Assembly: GCA_010909165.1 (NCBI GenBank)
Contig: VJWM01000382.1
Location: 1-26,157, forward strand
Length of the DNA stretch: 26,157 bases
Reading direction: 5' to 3'
From: Anthoceros angustus
Lineage: Eukaryota > Plantae > Anthocerotophyta
Positions within the stretch are counted from its first letter, which is position 1; every line of letters starts with the position of its first letter. Below the pieces are notes generated by a model. That model did not search any database, had not been told where the DNA came from, and was given only the letters and a program-made list of their open reading frames with translations. Both the position numbers and the translations under genes were made by a program. Shown one piece after another: positions 10,336 to 20,129 of the stretch.

Positions 10336-11130
10336 AGAAAAATCAGCGGAGACATGCAAAAATTCGACCCGCCGCACGTCATGACTAACCCCCTTGCTTG
10401 ATCGTCTTCCGCTTTGCGGGATCGTCAAGAAGGCCGAGGAGGCACTGATTTCCTCCTCGAACGCCCGAGGATTTCTCTATATATGCGCATCGCTCCTCCC
10501 TTTGTTATTGCTCTCTTCCTCGCCGCGCTTACAGTCACGTCGCTCGCGCACACGCCAACCCGCTCATGCGGAATTTGCGCTGACACGCAACGAGGCCTCT
10601 CTCGCGCGTCTTCCGGTGGTAAGTGCCTTACTCCCGTGCATGTTGGCAGGCGGGGGTGACGGCGCCGCCACTAGGCCAGGCACCAACCCTCCTTCTGGTT
10701 GTTCGGCCCATAAACCTTCCTCTCGTAGCGTAAATTTTCCGGACCTCTGTCCGGACCTCGAATCCTTTCGCTTGGACCCATTTTTAGGTCCGTTTTCCTC
10801 CTTCATCCCAGTCCGGTCGAGGGGACTGCCGATCCTATCCGCCGCTTCTCAGCTCACACAACTTCTTGTTGCTTCGTCGACAAACCTTTGGTAAGAAAAA
10901 GAAAAAAGAAAAAGAAACCGCCCTAACTATTCAATGGAGGTATTAGGAGGCATCCGCTCGCCGTTCTAAACGATGGACCTGTACCCGTGTTCCACAATTG
11001 TGCCTTTGCTCAACTCTCTGCACACCGTGCGCCAATGGCAAGAAAAGCTCGGCTAATCGGCACGGCGCTTTGCGGATCGTCATCACAATGTCACAGGCGT
11101 GGTCACTCCATTCATCTCCACCCTCCCTCG

Positions 11131-11192
11131 GCATCCATCCTTGTCTTACACCTTCCACCTCGCATCCATCCTTGTCTCACACCTTCCACCTC
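11131..11192 (+). repeat. 31-bp tandem duplication
   Basis: GCATCCATCCTTGTCT(T/C)ACACCTTCCACCTC x2, one mismatch. Confidence 0.95.
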
Positions 11193-12249
11193 CGCAGATC
11201 CATCCCACACCGCACATGGTGCTACAGCCTGACGAGGTTTGATGATGATGTCAAGACCTACTCAGAGTAGCTACCCACTCCGCCAACTGGCTGTGGATAT
11301 AGAGGCTCTAAGGCCTTGAAAAGCTAGCTCGAGGCGTAAGCCTCAGGGAAGAAGCAAGTGCAGGAAAACCCCGGGGCTCTCGGGAGATCTCCTCCCACTC
11401 TAGCCCGGCCACGCCATCCCATCCGGCCGCTTCGCACGTTGGGTTTGCATTCCATGAGACTTGTGTGAAAGTTCGAGGCCTCGTGATAACACGATGATCG
11501 CTACCTCAAGTAGACACAGCTTCTCGACCAGCCTTTCTAAGCGAGCAAGGCGCCTCTACTCACCCTCTTCTTGCTGCCACTGCTGGGCCTACTTGCCTAA
11601 TCGCTCCTAAAACTACCAACTCCCGACCCTACAACGACTACAATTAACACCTGTGTGTCCCGCTTAGCAACAGGGAGGCTCATCACGGGCGCCCCTGGAC
11701 CCCCGATCCACACTGCACCTTCATTCCTACTTAAGACCACTCTCTCCACCTGAGCGCCTTTTACAGTTGTGACGGATTCGTCCTTAGGCTCGGCTCGCGG
11801 CCTTCACACGCCTGGGTTCTATCGGCATAACCGCACTGGGTCGGCCTCCACCAGCAAGTTCTTCCTTGGGCTGATTGCCATGAGTTTGACAACAAACAAT
11901 AGAACCTCCAGAGTGCTTTCCCCTAGTCTACCCTCAAGCCGAAAGTCTCTGGCATTACACATAACCTAAAGCAAAGCACTTACAAAGGAACCATCTGCCA
12001 GTGGGCAGCAACTCGTTTAGAGGCACCTGCAACAGCAAGTCCTCCACCAAGACCACTCAGGCCACGCGACTCTCCCACTCGATCTACCGAGCGTTGGCTC
12101 ATAGTCGCACGAAATTCCTTTACATACAAAGGACTGCAGAGGCGGGAAGTCGCTAAAGACGCGATATCACTTTTACTCTGTGAAACTCTCCCCTCTTATA
12201 GGAGGCCTCCCACATACATCCTCCCTTAGGTGGACCGTAATCTGCAGTG

Positions 12250-13900
12250 CACCTTTTCCAATTCTCTATTATTTTTTCCCATCGCCAAAGATTAATGGCT
12301 GGCACCTAAGCCCACGTCCCATCCTTTGATCAGCAAGTAAGTCTCTATTCATTAACTCACCTAAGATCATCCTTAAAGGGATGTACCACACCACCTTATT
12401 CTTCCCATTCCCCAAAGCTCATTTATGGTCATTGGACCACCTCAATCCTTATCTCACTGGGTGGCGCGACGTGTCCCTTATGCGGGATTGGCTCCCCTAC
12501 GCCCTCCTCCTTGTTCCCTCCTTTGCCCCTTCCCCGTGATCACAGCTGCTGCCTGGCTGTAAAAGTGCCAATCCTGCCCCTTCCTTCAATTTTACAAAGG
12601 CGCGCCCAATTCACATCACTCTCCGGCAAGGTCGCGCATACCCTTCCGGCGCACCTAGGGCGCCTTTTCTCCAAATTTCTCCTCCGCCGCTTCATCGTTC
12701 ATCGGCACCTAACCTACCCGGCGGTAGTCGGCGGAACTATCTGAGTAGGTCGGTGACTTCTACCACCATGGTGATGTCTGATGCCTTCATTTTTCTTCTC
12801 CTCCCCATACTGTGCCTCTTGGGTTGGAATCTTCCGTTATCCTCCTCCTCCTGTTTGGTTGTCCATACCTATCATGGAGCATTCTCAAAGATTCTTCCTC
12901 CCTCACCCTGTCGACCGGTTTCCACTAATCCCTCCTCGGGCCCTTTGCCATGAGCCTCTTCTCCTGGGCGCTGGCCCTTCCTACTGCACTGTAAATGGGG
13001 TGAGGAACCTTCTCACCCTCCTTCTTTCTTAACGAGTCCGGATCCCGTCACATGTTCTCCTCCGGTGGGACCTGTTTCCCCACCTCCTCTTCTATTCCTG
13101 CGGGGGGTATTGTGTCACTAGGCCCCTGGCTCCTTCCACTCACATGACCCTGGGCCTCCACGGCTCGACTCTAACAAGCCCTCAAGGCCCAGCTCAAGCG
13201 CACTCCCTGTAGTCTCAGCCAGTGCCGGCGGACTACGGGCGTTGATTTGTCTACCACGGTGAGTCAGCGGACTACCAGGTGATCACCCAGTGGTGGTGAC
13301 CTTATTGAGGCGGGCTGGTCCTCCACTCTCCTTTTCCTCCTTCCGCGGCCATCTTCGATGCTCCTTGCCAAGGGCTCTCAGCCTCTTGATTCTCACTCGG
13401 GATTCCATGAAACCATGTCACTCATGACCTCATCAAAGTCGAGGGCCTCCAGTTGCACTTGTTAAACTCCTTCACAATCATCATCAGCAGGGGATTTCGT
13501 GTCCTCCTCTTGGCCAGCTTACATTAACACCTCATTGTTGTGGCCTTCAAAATCTATTATGGAGGTGAGCCCTAAGCTATGATATTGCATGCGGGATCAT
13601 CAACAACTCTCGTGGGCCACTCTCCATCCTCACACCCTACCTTGTAGGCATCCTTTGCTGATGGTTAATTCTCCCACCTTGACATGGAGTGGAGGTCACA
13701 TTCTCCTCCTTGCTCCCTTGAAATTTGGTTGGCCATCTTTGTTTGAAAAGGGCATAATCGCCCTTAAAATCTCTCCCTTCCTCACCACCAAGACATCCAT
13801 GTACCACTTTCTTGTGGTACTCCTCTTGAACCTCCTTTGTTCCAGGCTTTCAATTCCACTTGCTTGGCAAGTCTCTCCTTCTCCACTTGCCACTCACTTC
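12250..13900 (-). mobile_element. Highly degenerate gag/protease-like remnant
   Basis: Weak motifs only: PNFKG..ENVT (~13690-13735) and KIEGRAGLALLQPGSS (cf. ALLDSGSS, ~12545-12595). No long ORF. Confidence 0.35.
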
Positions 13901-15294
13901 TCGCGCTCTAGCTCTTGCACTGCTTGATCCTTGAGCCTTGACCCAGCAGCGCTTCTCTTCAAATTAGACGGGTCCTTAGCGTAATTCCTCTTCCATGTCT
14001 CCGGATTTTGATGGCTTAGGTAGCCATCACTGTTCACTCTGTCTCGTGCGGCCCATTTGTTGGATGTACCTTCTCTCCCCTTCCTAAGATTCTATTTTGC
14101 CCTTTCTCTCCCGCTCTAAAGTTTGGGCAAAATGCTCTTCATCCGCCTTCCTCCCGCCAGTCTGGGTGGGTTGTTGCCCCGAATGAGCTCTCTATCGGGT
14201 TTGTGACAACTTCCCCTCCAGGGACGCTACTCCTTGGCGCTGATCCACAAGGTCCACGAGGTCATGGCGGAGTTTCTCCTGACCTTAGGCCTTGGTCAGA
14301 ACACCTTCTCATGTCGGACTCCATGGCCTCCAATTGCCATTTGGTCTACTCAAGGCTCTCACTGCTTCCGGATCATTTCTTGGGCCTTATTTGCCCAGGA
14401 CTTCCTCTTAACGCCCACAGCAGGGTCAAGCACTTCAGTCCCCCCTAGCCCCTTCAAATCTACAATGAGTGCTTACAAGCACTTTTCGTTGTAGGTCAGG
14501 AGCGGAGTCGGCGGAGGCTGAGGTATCGTGCTGCGGTGTGGAGTTTTGTGGGCGCGGGGTTGTAGTTGGAGGCGCCCCAGGCTGGGAGTTTGGAGGCACT
14601 TAGACTAGAGGCGAGGTAACCTATGCTGCGCCGCCAGTGCGACCCTCACGGTGGTAGGATGCGCCTCGTGCGTTGGGATAGAGTGTCTCCTCCCACGTAG
14701 GAATGAGGGTGTCTTCAGCCCACCACAGTAATCGGATGCTACAACTCTCTACAAGTGGTAGGAGGTAGGCCCTACAATTGTTTGTTGTTGGTTGTAGGTC
14801 CCGAGGCGTGATTCGACGAGCGAGGAGCGGGCCGCTGAGTTGGTAGATGAGGATGTGCCAATTGTGGGAAGGCAATGGGAAGGAATAGTGGACGATCACG
14901 GGGTGGTGAAGTCGCGTTGCAACGTAGGGGGTCCCCAGGGCTCATGACTCATCACGTGGGTGTGGACCTATAGTTGTAGGGTGTCGTTGTAGGTGGAATT
15001 GGACGGAGGCGGCATGGTGAGGGCTGGCGTCTGTGGAGTGAGTTGAAGTTGCTCCACTGTGTGAGGGAGCTTGGGGGGTGTGAGGTGTGGTTTGTGCCTT
15101 GGATCTGGTGACCGACAAACAAGAGTCTCATGGGACAAAACCTAATGTACTTAGCGATGAGTGGGATAAGTGTGGCTGGCCACTGAGGTGAATCTCGGAA
15201 AGCCTTGGGATGCCTCCCACACAGTAAAGATTGCAGTGGAAAGGCAACGAGCAAAAGATTGATAATGGGCCTGGTGGGTCCATTGCCTCCCACG

Positions 15295-16058
15295 AAACCC
15301 GTGAGATCGAAAGTGATCTTATCTTCCCTTTATTACATTTGGCAGTGAAAACTAATGTTTGTGTTTTATTAGGTTGTGACTTTACAGAAGATGAACAATT
15401 TCTTTGAAGCCCTCGCTTCATCAACTCTCGCTAATCATGATAATTGGACAAGTTGTGCCAATCAAACCAAGTGGTCGTGAAAATTACATTTTCAATTTGT
15501 ACAATTGTACAGTCAATTTTCCAAACTTAGGTGAGTATCTTTGCTTAAGTATTTGTGGTTTATTACCGAATCTTTTCAGTGTGCCCCTAGTTATATGCCT
15601 AATTTACGTTTTTTATGTAGGTTTCAGTGTTCCAGAACCGGGGATCATTCTATTTTGGTATTTACTCTACATTATTTTAATTTGTATTTCATGCCATTCT
15701 GGATATACAGGAAACTCCACAAAGAAAAATTTCTTTGTTGATTTTTTGTATATCCTGGATCCGCATGAATATTACTTATCAAAATATGTTTTTGCCAGAT
15801 TAGCGATTTTGGTGGGATTTCTAGAATGAGCTCGCTTAGATGTACGATATTCACGTGATGGTCCATTTTTCTACATTCATGCTTTCAACATTGATAGTGA
15901 GGTATTTTCATCTACATAGCATGTTTTCTACTCTATTGTAATAAATTTTACCCTATTCAACAAAACAATGACCAATTGGTCAATTCTCTCTAGAATCTAC
16001 CCCTAGTCCCCAAAAAAATCAGCGAGGCCCGAGGCCCCTGATTTGAGGCTGCGACTTT
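15295..16058 (+). mobile_element. 3' fragment of a second Crypton-like element
   Basis: Collinear with ~2885-3631: same acceptor GTGTTTTATTAG (15372), exon VPIKPSGRENYIFNLYNCTVNFP, intron 15531-15620, TGACC..GGTCA site and GCGACTTT end. Confidence 0.8.
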
Positions 16059-16069
16059 ATGTATGTACA

Positions 16070-17272
16070 TGAGCTTCCACCCGCCTCTCGGTCAATAGTG
16101 CCCTCAAGACTCGAGACTCACCCCATGCAACCTTCGCAACATGTGGTCAATCCGTCACTTGGGATCCTCGGATCCGCCACTCAGTAATCCCGAGTCTTGT
16201 GGATCTCCTTATGCTACATTGAGAGTCTGTTCAACATTCAAGCATTCATTTGCATAATGTCCCGACTCTCCACATGAGTAGCAGACTCCTTTTCGAGAAC
16301 CCATTATGACTGTTCTCTGAGCTCCGCAGCCTCTTCGTGCTCCTCGATTTCTTCCATGGAAATTTCCTTTTGAATTGCCTCTTGCAATTCCATTTCCGCT
16401 AGTGTCCTTGGCAGCTCCTCTGCCGGCACTACTAAAGCTTCCTCTAGTCTGTGCACATACCACAGTATTGCCTCAAATCGTGTGGTGGAGTTGGGTGTAC
16501 TAAAATGAAAAGTATACGAATGGCATCCTGGCTCCGCCAATGTAGTTGGACTAAACAACTCAATTACATTAGTAGTCCAATCTTTCAAACCAGCCATGAA
16601 GCGATGCAACATCATCCTCACTCATGGTAGTGCGGTGCGAAACAGCCTGTCATAATCTCACGCGATATTGTCAATCGCTTGACGTGGGCGGCCCTGCGGT
16701 TGAACTGCGCCTGAGGGCTTCTTTGAAAGATGCCTCTAGATGGTATGTGCCAGTTGCCACAGGCGACATTAGCACCATAACTCCGCCACCGGACAAAGTA
16801 TAACCCTTAAGGAAGTTACTAATAACACCCAAGTAGTACTCCGACTCAAGACCGGATGAGGTGAGATAAGTCATGTAATAGATCCAAGAATCAATAACTT
16901 GCATCTCTTTCTCCTCATACTTATCGGTAGAGCTAACTTCATGTAGACTTTGGAGCCACTTTGAAGATGCTTGTCGAATTTGCGAAAGATTTCTTCTTGT
17001 TGATCTTCCATCTTCACCTTGTTGTTTGAGCACCGGATTCTTCTTTGTGCCTTCCTTGAAGTCATCACATCGTCCAAGACACCGGAAGAACTTGATAAAG
17101 TACTTCCATCATCCTGCTTCTTCCATCCTCGACTTCTCTCCATGGGCTTGCTATGTTCGAGGTGGCTCACTTCCTCTTCTTCTGACGATGATGAATCTTC
17201 AGGCGGTTGAGGCGGATGATCGACAAGAGACTGCTGCTTCTTCATCCTCTCCTTACGCTTCTGATTGACCAT
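16070..17272 (-). mobile_element. gag: Ty3/gypsy (chromovirus-like) gag, frameshifted, truncated after gag
   Basis: Zinc knuckle CYSCGESGHYANEC; RFMAGLK..IELFSPTTLAE; SWIYYMTYL..NFLKG..SFKEALRR. Confidence 0.85.
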
Positions 17273-17310
17273 CTTGTGTATTCTCTAGTCACTCGAAGGA
17301 ATGGACCACA

Positions 17311-17321
17311 CTCTGATACCA
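17311..17321 (-). other. Primer-binding site complementary to tRNA-iMet
   Basis: Minus strand TGGTATCAGAG, preceded by LTR-end-like GGGGTGTTAC and ~40 nt upstream of the gag ATG at 17272. Confidence 0.85.
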
Positions 17322-17690
17322 CTAAGTAACACCCCTCACTGATGCTCAATTAGAGTTGGAGACAATGACTCTGGTCAGGAGGTTCAATGGACATCAAATC
17401 TCGATTCAGTCGATATTGGAGGTATTTTAACAAATAATCTGCTGCCATTTATAGTTGCAGTACATTATAAATACAATAATACTTATTAATCTTTTGTTTA
17501 CAAAGTCTGGAAACAAAAGCGCTAAGGAAATCAAGGAAAAATAGAAGCAATGGACGATAAAATCGACAAAGACCATCTCTCATCGGGTTGGTTAAAGTCA
17601 TAATTTGGCTATTTGCATGTTTGATTTTAGCAACTTAAACTAATTGCTGTATTTCCAAAGCGGAAAAGAGAAAAATACAGTCCGAAGATA

Positions 17691-18178
17691 ATGCACCACG
17701 TATGCAGTCGAGGAATTTGCGATTATGGAAAATGGATGAATAACTTCCAATATCCACAAGTATTCCAAGATTTCAAAAACAACTATGTTCCCATTTGGGA
17801 ACATAGTCTTAAAGATCAGTATGACCAATCCTCAATGAAGATGGGTCTACACCAACACTACAACAGCACATGGAGATACAAAGAAGTAAGATTCTTGGAT
17901 TAATTGGTTTGTGTGAAGTAATACTATTAATACCTTGTATTTTGGTAATGTAGAGATATCGGAAGCCATTGAAAATAAGGAGCTGAAAACTACAGACTTG
18001 TTGTCCCTCATGGAAGATCCAGAAATAACGAGAAACATTCAAAAGGTCTATTTATATTAAGATTTCCTATATATAAAAATATGGAAATTCTAACGTTGGT
18101 GTCTCTTTCCAGAACGTACAATCACATTTCCGCAGTGTGGGAAATCTTCACAGCCATTGCTTAACATTAGTCATAAAG
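17691..18178 (+). CDS. Unidentified spliced AT-rich gene fragment
   Basis: Introns 17886-17953 and 18046-18112 (GT..AG, 68 and 67 nt) join in frame: ILNEDGSTPTLQQHMEIQR|KISEAIENKELKTTDLLSLMEDPEITRNIQK|NVQSHFRSVGNLHSHCLTLVIK; next donor at 18179. Confidence 0.55.
17782..17807. repeat. Perfect 12-2-12 inverted repeat
   Basis: ACTATGTTCCCA-tt-TGGGAACATAGT. Confidence 0.95.
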
Positions 18179-18649
18179 GTATTTACCGAGCAGGATCTAC
18201 TTCGACTTGAAATGGAGGTAAAATATTAACCTATTTTTACCTTTGTTTGTAGCTATCGAAGAATCAAAAGGAGTTGTTTTGCTGTTTGAGGTTAGTATAT
18301 GAGATTTTGAATAGTTATATTCAATTTGCACAATTTCTTACATTGTCATTACTGTAAAAATATTCGCGTTTGACGAGATACCAAAATGATAAACTTTCTA
18401 TCCGGACCGTAATGAGCGAGAGGAAGAATATTACTACGGTGCACATCCAAAATCACCGGTGTACACTCCTTCAACCCCAGTAGAATATACCTAGGAAGTA
18501 TGCGACATGTCCGTAAAACTATAAAAGTACTCTGGTAAAACGGTGGAAAATAGCTCGAACACTTTAATGTGCGAAAGTCAAAAACTAATAGTTGTTGTTT
18601 TACTTGAAAGAGAGAGAAAAGAGAGTTGTAAGTCGGGTGCATAGGGCAA

Positions 18650-19348
18650 CAGCTCTTAAAGTGCTCACAGACCTCGGCTATTGCCTCGGTCGGTCAGTGG
18701 GCGCGTCTCGGCTCCACTGGCTCCACGCCTTACGCCAGAAAGCGGACGCCTGGGCGCACGGCCTAGAACGGTCTCGGCCGGACGCCTTCGCGGCGTCCGT
18801 TCTCTCAATGCCGTCAAGACGCGTCATATTCTCGATGGCCAAAGAGAAACAGTTTCTTCCCTTTCAAGGAGTGGCAGTATACTCTGCTCAATGAGGTCTC
18901 TATCAGAGATGACCTTTTCTTAACGCGGGCGGACGAGGTCTCGGTTGCGGACGTGGTTGTCACTCACCCAACCAGAGATTCTATTAGCGACCATATCATC
19001 ATCAACCCTCTAGGTTGGGCGGCGGAAGGGAGCGTAACTAAGAAAATTTACAAGTAAAGGCCCATGCAGCAAGGTCACATTTTCATCCCCCTTGCCATTG
19101 AAACCCATGGGGCCTTGGGTAAGGTTTTTCGTTTATCAAGGAGTGCGCAAGGGCCTACCACAGCAGTGGGTTGGCCTCCCCTTTCCAGTGTCCCGGCATA
19201 TTTTAGGCAATGGGTTTCCATCGCTCACGCAAGGCGTTGGCGGCCATCTTTAGGACGATCACGAGTGCAGGTGACCGAGGCATCAATGGTAAGTAGGCCG
19301 TTCCTATCTCGGACGGCGACATCTTGGTTGGGGCTCTGGGTAGATTAG
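18650..19348 (+). mobile_element. 3' end of a CRE-like non-LTR retrotransposon (restriction-like endonuclease region)
   Basis: AHGLER..DAFAAS, EKQFLP, VADVVVTHPT, GHIFIPLAIETHGALG, PPLSSVPAYFRQWVSIA; order matches the RLE C-terminus of CRE-clade elements. Confidence 0.75.
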
Positions 19349-19457
19349 TGGAGGGGCACGCCCCGGCACGATCCTCGTCATGGGTTGTCCCTTCGCCGGG
19401 TAGCGAGGCGTAGATGGGATTTCCATCTCGCTCTTTTACAAAGTCTCCACATTCCCA

Positions 19458-19632
19458 GTATCACACCCCACAACGACCGCAACAATCTAATTTAAAGGCG
19501 AACTAATAAGGCAGATTAGTTAGGCAGTGAGCCCAATATATAGTCGTCCAATAAGCCCCTCATCACTATCTATGTTCTAGGTATCACGCCCCGCAACGGC
19601 ACACGAATGTAAGTTAAAGGCGAACTAGGCAG
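19458..19632 (+). repeat. Imperfect ~55-bp direct repeat pair
   Basis: 19458-19514 and 19581-19632 share GTATCAC.CCC.CAACG and TTAAAGGCGAACTA..GGCAG. Confidence 0.85.
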
Positions 19633-20129
19633 TCCCACTCGTCTTGAGCGACCGTGTTTGTTTCAATTGCTTGCTTGTTTATAGCTGAGGGGTGACAATC
19701 GGAGGCACATGCAAGGGATCAATCTTTAGAGCTATGAGACGGGCCCCGGTTCACTGCTGGAGGGGCGAGAGAGGACCACGGGATCAATCTCGTCAGCACA
19801 TTGGACTGGACGAGATCTCGCAAGGGCACACACACAAGCAGGCTACATGCTGCCATCACTCGGTAGCACAGAAGCAGTAACGTTGGCGCTCTTCGACATA
19901 ACTCAACCTAAACAGAACGCAGACAGCTAGGATCAGGAATCAGACACTCATTGACGTCGTATCTACAGCTGTCAGAATGTCCCTCCTCCTTCAAAGCCCT
20001 CTGATACAGATTGTCTGACAAAACCAAACATCACAAATGGGAAGCTTCCTTCCTTTATTGTTGAAGCAGAGCTATGAGCTCGGCCTTCTTCAGCCTTGAG
20101 TAGCCCTTGAGACCTCGGGCCTTGGCAAT

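Noticed and set aside
12186-12205. Second LTR suggested by CCCCTCTTATAGGAG similarity to 7564-7580
   Set aside because: Flanks do not align; a short match only.
14621-14633. PBS for the 6.5-14 kb LTR element (minus TGGCGGCGCAGC)
   Set aside because: I cannot match it confidently to a tRNA 3' end, and no copy of the 6474-7670 LTR lies next to it.
19810-19890. PHD-finger-like WQHVAC on the minus strand
   Set aside because: Directly preceded by a stop codon and lacking the remaining Cys/His spacing.
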